Source: Candidatus Omnitrophota bacterium
GTDB lineage: Bacteria > Omnitrophota > Gorgyraeia > Zapsychrales > Fredricksoniimonadaceae
NCBI GenBank assembly: GCA_903860135.1
Contig: CAIOPG010000011.1
Coordinates: forward strand, 320 to 64,319
DNA: 64,000 nt
Reading direction: 5' to 3'
Below are positions 40,446-48,478 of the stretch, piece after piece (the first letter of the stretch is position 1; the number at the start of each line of letters is the position of its first letter). The position numbers and the translations under genes were made by a program. Below the pieces are notes generated by a model. That model was not told the DNA's origin. It saw only the letters and a list, made by a program, of their open reading frames with translations, and did not search any database.

Positions 40446-41634
40446 AATTCTTCCTATGTCTTATAAGTACTCTTTGATAAACTTTCTCCATTAATCCGTT
40501 TTGAATAATCACCCCACTCGCATTCAAATCATATGTTCCCTTTTTCCCAAATTTATCTAGATATGCCGTCTTGCATTCTACAGTTGAATATTTTTTACTT
40601 TTTAAATTATAAAGATCTTCATTCTCACACATACCCAGTATCTCAAATTGATCAGGATTATACTTGTCCAGAAAACTAATCGGCACTCCCATTACGCCGT
40701 CATAATCACTCGGGATAGAATCGGTAAACGATACTTCTATAGCATCATAATTATCGTATTTATCATACTTTCTTTTGCCGTTGATTTCTTTATGTTTACT
40801 GTGTTTTAGATTTTCCTTCATTGTCATTAGCGGTAGCGGTTTATGACGCCGCCCGTGGTCGAGATTAGTGAACCAACAAACACCCGGAACACGATTTACT
40901 TTTACGCCATTTCGTTCTCGTTCAAATTTATACGTATCATTATAAACAAAATCACTAGAAACTTGGAAATACATGCCTGTGTTAAAATTCGTTGCACCAA
41001 GCCACAATTTATTTTCCTTAATTTCTGGGAAAACATCTTTGTAAGTAATCGCATTCATATTGCCAATAATGACGAACTTCTTATTGTACTCAAAAAGTTG
41101 TTTAACATACTGCCGAAACAGGCTGAATGGTGGATTTGTTACGACAATATCTGATTGTTTAAGCAAATTTATACATTCATCACAGCGAAAGTCGCCATCA
41201 CCTTTTAGCGGCGTCCATTCGTTGTTTTTGTTTGCCTTTAACTGCCTGGCAACATCCTTCAAGTTAAACTCGCCATCACCATCGATGTCGTGCGCCTCGT
41301 TAATAATAAACTTGTTGGCGGTTACCTTGGGACGACCTTTTGATTTTGTGAAAGTTTCGTCACCAAACAATTCCAGCTGTGTATTAGCCACGGGCGAGGG
41401 TTTGTAGCTGGTGGTGATAAGCTGTTTTAGCCCAAGCTTATTAAAATTTAGCACGAAATAACGAAAAAAATTGCTTTCGAACGGATCATCACAATTGCAA
41501 TACACTACCTTGTCGCGAAATGTATCGGGGTCGTACTCCAAATACGCTTCCATCTCCTTCTGAATATCGCCGTACTGAGTATAAAACTCGTCATTCTTGG
41601 CCCTTTTCGCACTTGTAAGATTATCGTTTGCCAT
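40429..41634 (-). CDS. EcoRI-family N6-adenine DNA methyltransferase
   Basis: N-terminal [18 protein letters not shown]...VVYCNCDDP resembles the M.EcoRI N-terminus. NPPF catalytic motif ([10 protein letters not shown]). Confidence 0.7.
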   Translation of the reverse strand: MANDNLTSAKRAKNDEFYTQYGDIQKEMEAYLEYDPDTFRDKVVYCNCDDPFESNFFRYFVLNFNKLGLKQLITTSYKPSPVANTQLELFGDETFTKSKGRPKVTANKFIINEAHDIDGDGEFNLKDVARQLKANKNNEWTPLKGDGDFRCDECINLLKQSDIVVTNPPFSLFRQYVKQLFEYNKKFVIIGNMNAITYKDVFPEIKENKLWLGATNFNTGMYFQVSSDFVYNDTYKFERERNGVKVNRVPGVCWFTNLDHGRRHKPLPLMTMKENLKHSKHKEINGKRKYDKYDNYDAIEVSFTDSIPSDYDGVMGVPISFLDKYNPDQFEILGMCENEDLYNLKSKKYSTVECKTAYLDKFGKKGTYDLNASGVIIQNGLMEKVYQRVLIRHRKNYGSNA

Positions 41635-41728
41635 ATTGTTTCCTGTTATTGAATCAGTTTCTCATATTCTCTGTGCGTCCCAATCCAAAACCAAACAGTA
41701 TCTCCTCATTAACTCGATGTTAAAATCT

Positions 41729-41762
41729 AGTATAACATTTCACGAATTAACTCCCCCCCCCC
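41729..41762 (-). promoter_or_regulatory. Putative mod-operon promoter region: poly-G(10) tract (plus-strand poly-C 41753-41762) 18 nt upstream of a TATACT -10 box (41734-41729), ~95-125 nt upstream of the methyltransferase ATG
   Basis: Homopolymer cccccccccc read directly. The tract occupies the -35 position relative to the TATACT box. Confidence 0.35.
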
Positions 41763-41774
41763 ACACACATCCTC

Positions 41775-43136
41775 CTACGTCGGAAGAATATAACTAAATC
41801 CATCTTTCCCCAGCCGCGCGGTCAACTTGTCGATGATGGCCTGTGGATCATCCTCTGGCCCTGCCATAAATAACGGCTTGCCGTCGGGGCCGCCGAATTT
41901 AAACACGCGTTCCTTGCAGTCTTCGTCTTTCTCACCCAGCACATGCCGCGCCACCTCAAAATCAGGGTGCGGATCAAATCCCAGATTTTGCGCGTACGCC
42001 ACCGCCTGGTTCACCAGCCGCTGGGCACATCCGATGCAGAAATCATCCATAACCCCTGGATAATGCATCACCATGACGTCGATCTGTTTCCGGGTAAGTC
42101 CCGCTCCATAAGACGCTTGCTTGACGCCAAGACATTGCAAATCAATCAAATACACGCCAAAAATATAATGCGACGCACCCATCGCCCTTATCACCATAAC
42201 AGTCGCAAAAGCCCGCTCTTCCCAATCCTCATTAACAAGCACGTACCGCAACGGGTATTTTTCTGAAGCCTTGACTGCCTCCTTTATTTCCTGTTCTGTC
42301 AGATCCAGAGGAACCGGCGTCCGGACAGCGTCATCTTTGGCCATGCAACATTTCTTATATTTCTTGCCGCTACCACAATAGCAGGGCTCATTCCGGCCGA
42401 TCTTGGTTTTTGGTTCAGGCACTTCATCGTGATCGCCAGGACGCAGGCTTCTGCGCGGATATGTTCGCTTGGCTTTTACACCCAAAGCGATTTCCACATC
42501 CTCCAGATCACCCTGCACAGAGCAATCAACCTTGTCATACGCGAATGCTTCACGTATACAGTCGAGCGATTCCAGTGCGTTCAATCCTGTCAATCCATCG
42601 ATCAGGAATGCATTCAATGTCGAATCATTGATGAAAAAATACTTTAATTCATCTGTCAGGATCGTTACACAGCGATCTCTGACAGAACCACCTTCCTTAC
42701 CAATCAGACAAAGACTGCTCTCCGCCGCTACCCGCGCGAATAACCCGTTCCGGCGATCTTTCAAATACAAGGACAGACCCTCGATGGCACCAGCCCCGAT
42801 CATGGCCATAACCTCCGGCAATTCCTCGCCCACCCAATCGTCATCCTCCTCGTCGATCCGCCGCAATAAAGACAGCAATGCCCCGACAGCGTCAACGGCT
42901 TTCAGCTGTCCCAGCGCCCGCCACCCGTGCACCGATGCCCAGATAGTCAACGTATCACGCCCGCCTGAATGCAGGCGTTCATCCTCGATCATCCTGATCA
43001 GTTCAGGAACATGCTGTTCCCCCAGCCCCAGGCTTAAATAATCCGGCCATTCATCACCCAATTCACATTCCCCATAAACAAGTAATTGATCTACCGGACT
43101 GGCATACGCCGTATCAGCTGTCTCTTCACGCATCAA
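41775..43136 (-). CDS. SEC-C motif (zinc-binding) domain protein, 453 aa, function unknown
   Basis: Central EPCYCGSGKKYKKCC SEC-C motif. AGGGGG SD before the ATG. Confidence 0.55.
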   Translation of the reverse strand: MMREETADTAYASPVDQLLVYGECELGDEWPDYLSLGLGEQHVPELIRMIEDERLHSGGRDTLTIWASVHGWRALGQLKAVDAVGALLSLLRRIDEEDDDWVGEELPEVMAMIGAGAIEGLSLYLKDRRNGLFARVAAESSLCLIGKEGGSVRDRCVTILTDELKYFFINDSTLNAFLIDGLTGLNALESLDCIREAFAYDKVDCSVQGDLEDVEIALGVKAKRTYPRRSLRPGDHDEVPEPKTKIGRNEPCYCGSGKKYKKCCMAKDDAVRTPVPLDLTEQEIKEAVKASEKYPLRYVLVNEDWEERAFATVMVIRAMGASHYIFGVYLIDLQCLGVKQASYGAGLTRKQIDVMVMHYPGVMDDFCIGCAQRLVNQAVAYAQNLGFDPHPDFEVARHVLGEKDEDCKERVFKFGGPDGKPLFMAGPEDDPQAIIDKLTARLGKDGFSYILPT

Positions 43137-43183
43137 AGCCCCCCTGGTTTTAAAATTTGCGGAGATTCAATCGCATTCTGCAT

Positions 43184-43209
43184 CTCATTTGGCAAACACG
43201 TGTTTACAT
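43184..43209. promoter_or_regulatory. Palindrome cluster upstream of the SEC-C gene: AAACACGTGTTT (12-bp perfect) followed by ACATGT and GTCGAC
   Basis: Read directly in the 43137-43411 intergenic region. Confidence 0.3.
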
Positions 43210-43411
43210 GTGTCGACATCCCGACCTTTTAGACTTTTTTATCAAACAGCCATCAATTTATACGTATCGCCGAAATTGACATTCCACCATGTGAATGCAG
43301 GCGGCATCCGTGATATACGCCGACGTATAAATGACCGGATGATGCGGATCCAGCTGATGCACTTCCTGGATCAGTTTCTCTAAAAACCAACAAAAGCCTA
43401 CCCGCTCCTTT

Positions 43412-43645
43412 TCATTCTTTCCCCGCCCACGCGCCTTTAATGTAGTACGGCTTGCCATTGACCATCAACACCCATTGCCCCTTGTCACCGGCGACTTTAA
43501 CAATATTGCCGGCGTGTTTTTCCTGGGCAAAGATGGGATTTGAAATAATGGTAGATACTGCGAGATTGATGATGATTGCCAGTATCAGGAGGGATTTTGA
43601 CATAATGGCCTCTTTCTTAATATAGCCTTGTTTTCTCAAAATCAT
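43412..43645 (-). CDS. Small secreted hypothetical protein (77 aa)
   Basis: Signal-peptide-like MSKSLLILAIIINLAVSTIISNPIFA, then a short beta-rich mature part. Could be spurious. Confidence 0.3.
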   Translation of the reverse strand: MILRKQGYIKKEAIMSKSLLILAIIINLAVSTIISNPIFAQEKHAGNIVKVAGDKGQWVLMVNGKPYYIKGAWAGKE

Positions 43646-43776
43646 CTACATCCCATTCAACGATACACATGCTCCGCAATGACCTCGCCGTTCTCATCAT
43701 AAAAATTTCCGTCAGCTGCCATCATAATGAAGCTCTGATACTTTTGCGCCACTTTTGAAAAAACCAGCGCCGCCCC

Positions 43777-44652
43777 TCAACCCAATTCAAGTCGATCAAA
43801 GCGTTCAATCAGGATTTTATCAAAGTTTTTAGCGAGATCATGAGGAAGCCGGGATGCCTTGATCTTTTTGCGGAAATTTTCTTTCTGCCCGATAAAACGC
43901 GCCAAGCGTACTTTCTCAGGAACGCCTAGATTGTCAGCCAAAAGGTCGATCTCTTTTCTTCGGATATTGCTCTTGCGACCCTGGATGGTCAATGCTGACT
44001 CATCAGCCTCGTTCGGTAAAACAATCCTGGAACACACCAGATCATACGCAGGAGCAAGTCGGACATGACCTTCCTCGTCGTAAATGACCGAGTAATTCTT
44101 CATGTGCGCATCGCCGTTGGCAACAAGAAAGTTATAAACAATACGCTCAAAAAAAAGCTGTGTATCCAGCCCCGGGACTTCGGAAACAGCTTTCAATTTC
44201 CGCCCGATCTCCTCGACCGAACCGTCATATTTATTTTCTTTCCCAAGGATCTGCGCAAAATCTTCCTGATGGATCTTACGGCGTCCTTCCCGGTCAAAAC
44301 GCTTAACCACATACGCCAGACTCTTATCCTTCAAAGGCACCAGGCAATGCACAGGCACATCAATCCCAATATCTCCGGCAATATTCATGCAGAGTTCTTC
44401 ATTCTCCGGCAAATTCGCGAATGCTTGCACTTGCGGCTTCAAAATATACTGACCTCCCTCGCCAGCAACTTCAAGGCGAGGCTCACTATCTTTATCCGCA
44501 AGCCGGACTGAAAGCTTGGGCTGAACGCCGGAAATAGACATCTTCCCGACCATCTCCTGGGCTTTCAGAGAAACCCCGGCTAGCGTCAGATCAATGAACG
44601 GCTCACGATCGACACCAAAAACTTCTCGCCATATTGATCGCTCATGCTTCAT
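43777..44652 (-). CDS. hipT: HipT-like HipA-family Ser/Thr kinase toxin (kinase core only, lacking the HipA N-domain)
   Basis: SGVQPKLS, VKRFDR and LVANGDAHMKNYS (HipA catalytic GDxHxKN) motifs. 291 aa. Confidence 0.75.
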   Translation of the reverse strand: MKHERSIWREVFGVDREPFIDLTLAGVSLKAQEMVGKMSISGVQPKLSVRLADKDSEPRLEVAGEGGQYILKPQVQAFANLPENEELCMNIAGDIGIDVPVHCLVPLKDKSLAYVVKRFDREGRRKIHQEDFAQILGKENKYDGSVEEIGRKLKAVSEVPGLDTQLFFERIVYNFLVANGDAHMKNYSVIYDEEGHVRLAPAYDLVCSRIVLPNEADESALTIQGRKSNIRRKEIDLLADNLGVPEKVRLARFIGQKENFRKKIKASRLPHDLAKNFDKILIERFDRLELG

Positions 44653-44981
44653 ACAGCCCCGCTTTCTTTCACGGTAACAGCACCGATCGTATTCTTCCCT
44701 GTCACCAATAATATTCCGAATTCATCAGCCGGATCGATCTTCCTTGTCGCACAGACGATATCCCGATACCAACCCTCAGCGTTCATTCCCGCAAAGAAAG
44801 AAAATAATACCGCCGACTCAAAAGGCTCTGCCTGCAACGGCAAAGACAAAGAGACCGGTTTACCCGTCTTTAAATAATCAGCCCCATATACAAACCTGTA
44901 CCCGTCACCTGTTTCTTCCAGGATACCGGCCAGCTGATCATGAAGGAACACATCTGCTTTACGCTTCCTAACCCTTATCAT
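44649..44981 (-). CDS. hipS: HipS-like protein (stand-alone HipA N-terminal domain)
   Basis: VFLHDQLAGILEE...YRFVYGADYL resembles the HipA N-terminal domain. Likely start Met at 44981 (track start 45065 overlaps hipB). 4-nt overlap with hipT. Confidence 0.6.
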   Translation of the reverse strand: MIRVRKRKADVFLHDQLAGILEETGDGYRFVYGADYLKTGKPVSLSLPLQAEPFESAVLFSFFAGMNAEGWYRDIVCATRKIDPADEFGILLVTGKNTIGAVTVKESGAV

Positions 44982-45171
44982 TGCGCATAACCTCAAGATG
45001 ATGCCCCAAAAAATCCAGAACCTGATTGACCTTATCCAGGCGCACCGTAGCCTTGCCCTGCTCAAGCTCTCTCAGAAAACGAAGACCAACACCAGCACGC
45101 CGTGCAAACTCAACCTGGTCAAGGCCAGCCTTCTTCCGAAGTCCCTGTATTATTTTTCCGATGTCTTTCAT
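44968..45171 (-). CDS. hipB: HipB-like XRE-family HTH antitoxin of the tripartite system
   Basis: MKDIGKIIQGLRKKAGLDQVEFARRAGVGLRFLRELEQGK HTH. ATG at 45171 preferred over the TTG at 45276 because two operator-like dyads lie just upstream. Confidence 0.6.
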   Translation of the reverse strand: MKDIGKIIQGLRKKAGLDQVEFARRAGVGLRFLRELEQGKATVRLDKVNQVLDFLGHHLEVMRNDKG

Positions 45172-45180
45172 GATTAAAAT

Positions 45181-45272
45181 ATACACCCTGAAGGGTATAA
45201 AAGCAAGGCGCGTTGTTCGAGATATGGAGAATTTGGAAGATAAAAATGATTTATATACCCTTTCGGGTGTAT
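45181..45272 (-). promoter_or_regulatory. Two operator-like imperfect dyads upstream of hipBST: ATACACCC-tgaa-GGGTATA (45181-45199) and ATACCC-tttc-GGGTGTAT (45255-45272)
   Basis: Both share the half-site ATAC(A)CCC, spaced ~75 bp apart, 10-100 nt upstream of the hipB-like ATG. Confidence 0.45.
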
Positions 45273-45307
45273 TCAACTATTGTTTAAAGACAATATTTTC
45301 TGCCCTC

Positions 45308-45595
45308 TCACGTCGGGCGGAATATCTTTAATTTAATATCAGGGATCATTCGGAAATGTTTTTCATTGCCGGAAACAAGCAGAAGGTCATTCTCTGCCGC
45401 CGTTGCGGCGATGATGGCGTCCCCCGCCGTTAACCCATGCGACAACGCATATTGCTCCATATAAATCATGGCTCTGTGACCAATATTTTCAGTAATAGAA
45501 AGAACTGAAAAATGATACACGCTCAAGAACGACTTGCAAGAAGCCAATTGTTGTATGAACGTGTGGAGCGAGGTGGCGGCTATGTGACTATACAT
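45308..45595 (-). pseudogene. Remnant of a PIN-domain (VapC-like) toxin gene. Only the C-terminal part is present
   Basis: C-terminal PIN-like LTAGDAIIAATAAENDLLLVSGNEKHF. No N-terminal catalytic Asp region and no cognate antitoxin. Confidence 0.45.
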
Positions 45596-45627
45596 ATTTA
45601 TATATGCGTATACGGTATAAATACATC

Positions 45628-45680
45628 ACAACACATATTTATTCATGTGTTGTTGACATTAACTATATTCATGGTATCCT
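45628..45680 (+). promoter_or_regulatory. hipBA promoter/operator: 9-bp perfect dyad ACAACACAT-N8-ATGTGTTGT (45628-45653) overlapping -35 TTGACA (45653-45658). 16-nt spacer. Extended -10 TGgTATCCT (45672-45680)
   Basis: Read directly. Lies ~170 nt upstream of the hipB ATG with an AAGGAG SD. Confidence 0.5.
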
Positions 45681-45849
45681 TTTGATAGAAAGAAGCCGAA
45701 CATGTTTAGCCTATGTCTTTTTTCGCCGGCCTTACCGCGCCACTCTTTCGGCTTCTCTCGGGGGATAAACCCCCTCGTTCCAGGCGAAAAAGCACTCGGT
45801 GCTCGGCGCGGCGAACGCGCAAACCGCTAAATATGCACAAGGAGCCAGT

Positions 45850-46170
45850 ATGGATTTTTTATTTGCAGGCGACAGGGATATCCTTAAAGAATTAGGATCC
45901 CGTGTCCGTCGTGCACGACTTGAAATGAACATATCCCAGTTAAAGTTTGCTTTGCAAGCCGGCGTTGCCATTGGCGTTGTTCAGAACTTTGAAGCCGGGA
46001 AGGCCTGCTCCCTCAAAAGTTTTATCCGAATGCTCAGGGTCACGCACAACCTGGCCAATCTTGCCTTACTGGTCCCTGAACCACTTCCAAGCCCTATTGA
46101 AGTAGCAAAAATGTCCGGAAAACAGCGACGTCGCGCCGGAGCTGCCAAAATAAATAAGGATAATCTATGA
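45850..46170 (+). CDS. hipB: HipB antitoxin (XRE-family HTH)
   Basis: ATG at 45850 preceded by AAGGAG. HTH LEMNISQLKFALQAGVAIGVVQNFEAGK. 4-nt overlap with hipA. Confidence 0.7.
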   Translation: MDFLFAGDRDILKELGSRVRRARLEMNISQLKFALQAGVAIGVVQNFEAGKACSLKSFIRMLRVTHNLANLALLVPEPLPSPIEVAKMSGKQRRRAGAAKINKDNL

Positions 46171-47498
46171 GCCCGGCAAATAAAGCCATTGATCAGGCCA
46201 ATGTATTTCTTTGGGGGGCACCAGTCGGGACGGTCATATGGGACAAAAACAGGGACCTTGGCATTTTTCAGTATGACAAGTCATTCGTAAGCAAAGGACT
46301 GCAGATCTCCCCGCTCTTGATGCCGCTTAGTGTTGATACGAAGTATTCGTTCCCGGCATTGGACAGGGTAACCTATTATGGCCTTCCGCCACTCCTGGCC
46401 GATGCGCTACCTGACAGATTTGGCAACGCTCTTATTGATATTTGGCTTCGGGATCAAGGAAGAGAGTTAAATTCTTTTTCTCCCGTTGAGCGACTTTGTT
46501 ATATGGGACAGCGCGCTATGGGCGCACTTGAATTCCGCCCGGCTACGGCACGGGTCTTGGATGAATCTATTAAGATCTCCATTGATGAAATGAGCGCACT
46601 TGCTCAAAAAATTCTTACTAAAAAGGCGCAACTGTCGGTGAATAGAAACAAGGACAGCGCCATGGCCATCCGATCCATTATTGAAATCGGCACCTCGGCC
46701 GGCGGCAACAGGGCAAAAGCTGTCATCGCCTGGAATAAAGAGACTGGGGAAATCCGTTCTGGTCAAGCAGATGCCTCAACAGATTTTGAACATTGGATCA
46801 TTAAATTCGATAATGCCAGTGAAAAGATATTGGGTGATCCGCATGATTATGGGCGCGTGGAACACGCTTACTACAATATGGCCATTGCGGCCGGGATTAA
46901 TATGAGCCCCTGTCATTTGTGGGAAGAAAACGACCAAGCGCATTTTATGACGCGCAGATTCGACAGGGGGAAAAGTGGCCAGCGACTCCACATGCAGTCC
47001 CTCTGTGCCTTGGCAGGGTATGACTTCAATCAGATCGGCAAATATCATTACGAAGAAGTTTTTGGAATCATTCAGAAGTTGCGACTTTGGCATCAAGCAA
47101 TCCAGGAGCAATACCGTCGCATGGTGTTTAATGTGATGGCACGGTGCCAAGATGATCATACAAAGAATATATCATTCCTGATGACCCCGGAAGGGAAGTG
47201 GGATCTATCCCCTGCTTATGATAACGCCTGGTCGTATAGTCCCAGGGGGCTTTGGACTGGTCAGCATCAAATGCGGGTCAATGGCAAGCGAGATGAGTTT
47301 ACCGTGCAGGATTTGATAGAAGCTGGGAAATCTTATGAGATTAGTAAAGCGAAGAATATGTGTGAACAAGTTGGCGATGCCGTAGCCCGTTGGTCAACAT
47401 TTTCCAGGCAATCAGGTGTTTCCAAGGAAATGACTCACCGCATTGCAAAAACACACAGGAAAGAACTGTTTATAAAAAGAAAATCTGGTTTAAAATAA
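46167..47498 (+). CDS. hipA: HipA Ser/Thr kinase toxin (full length)
   Basis: 443 aa. HipA N-domain plus kinase core (GAQLKF-like region, DDHTKNISF catalytic loop). Confidence 0.85.
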   Translation: MSPANKAIDQANVFLWGAPVGTVIWDKNRDLGIFQYDKSFVSKGLQISPLLMPLSVDTKYSFPALDRVTYYGLPPLLADALPDRFGNALIDIWLRDQGRELNSFSPVERLCYMGQRAMGALEFRPATARVLDESIKISIDEMSALAQKILTKKAQLSVNRNKDSAMAIRSIIEIGTSAGGNRAKAVIAWNKETGEIRSGQADASTDFEHWIIKFDNASEKILGDPHDYGRVEHAYYNMAIAAGINMSPCHLWEENDQAHFMTRRFDRGKSGQRLHMQSLCALAGYDFNQIGKYHYEEVFGIIQKLRLWHQAIQEQYRRMVFNVMARCQDDHTKNISFLMTPEGKWDLSPAYDNAWSYSPRGLWTGQHQMRVNGKRDEFTVQDLIEAGKSYEISKAKNMCEQVGDAVARWSTFSRQSGVSKEMTHRIAKTHRKELFIKRKSGLK

Positions 47499-47679
47499 CA
47501 TAAAACAATGGGCTTTTTCCAAGAATCAATACTGCGTTCAATATATACAGGGCCATTATTTGCCACATCAATCTCTAAATTCAAGAATAAACGCCGACTC
47601 TTATGGCAATTATTTGAACTTCAATGAGAACTTATCAATGGGGGAATGTTAAATTTCTCTGACCAGACATCACTCACAA

Positions 47680-48183
47680 CTATTTGCGCGCAACAGCAGG
47701 AAGGCCCAATAAACTACGCAGATCCGAGACAGGACTGATATCAACAACCTCCGGCACAAAGCCTGGCGCGCGCATCAAACCGTCAAATGTCGTGTACTCA
47801 GGAAGTTTAAAATCAACACCTGCACCCGAAAGCGTCACATTCATATTTTTGCCTTTAAAATCGATACCACCTTCGTGGCGGGCAATTCCGGCATCATCAT
47901 GCGGAACGATCTCCCGCAATTTCTGCATCACCTCCCGCCTTACCAACTCTCGTTGCTCTAACGGAAGCAAGGCATACTCCCTCACGCTACCTGAAAAACT
48001 ATCTTGGGATATTCCCCATTCACGATCTGGATTAAACTTGCCATCATCAGATCTTCCAATTTCTTCTTTGGTTAACACATTCAACATACCAATAAAGAAA
48101 TCAAGTTGATCAAAATGCGGATTCCTTAAGACACTCTCTCGCAAAAAAATTGGGGCACATTGGTTCTTAATTGCTGGGGGCAC
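47680..48183 (-). CDS. Hypothetical protein (167 aa), GTG start abutting the right-hand direct repeat
   Basis: ORF only. No recognisable motifs. Confidence 0.3.
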   Translation of the reverse strand: MPPAIKNQCAPIFLRESVLRNPHFDQLDFFIGMLNVLTKEEIGRSDDGKFNPDREWGISQDSFSGSVREYALLPLEQRELVRREVMQKLREIVPHDDAGIARHEGGIDFKGKNMNVTLSGAGVDFKLPEYTTFDGLMRAPGFVPEVVDISPVSDLRSLLGLPAVARK

Positions 48184-48189
48184 ACAAGA

Positions 48190-48221
48190 CTGGAAGAACC
48201 GCGTGCGTTACGGCATCAAGG
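48190..48221 (+). repeat. Right copy of the direct repeat (attR-like). Helicase 3'-end remnant reading [10 protein letters not shown]...AK-stop
   Basis: ctggaagaaccgcgtgcgTtacggcatcaagg matches the helicase internal segment. Confidence 0.7.
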
Positions 48222-48478
48222 TCGCATGTTGCGACCTCGTAGCCAAATAGTGTGTCCCGATTTTCCCTTCACGCCCACAGCTCATCGAGTGCCAATACGC
48301 CAATTCTCCTTGCCCTTTATATGCAGAATACATCTTCAATTCCTGAAATATAAACGCCTCAAAACATTCTCCGTATTCCTTGGAACCAACGGCAATTTCC
48401 TTGCGGTTTTGCAGGAAGCGTGCGAGGCCGATATCAAAGAAATTTTACAATTTACAAGTTAAAGCCCGTATCGGGGTC

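Larger units (their letters stand above)
38156..48189. mobile_element. ~10-kb AT-rich genomic island (toxin-antitoxin / restriction-modification-like cargo) inserted at the 3' end of the helicase gene. No integrase detected
   Basis: Flanked by the 38116-38155 / 48190-48221 direct repeats. Composition shifts to AT-rich. Cargo is entirely accessory. Confidence 0.5.

Noticed and set aside
43189-43458. Track ORFs 43189-43383 (+) and 43258-43458 (-) in the SEC-C upstream region
   Set aside because: They are short, overlapping, in a palindrome-rich regulatory intergenic region, and have no motifs.
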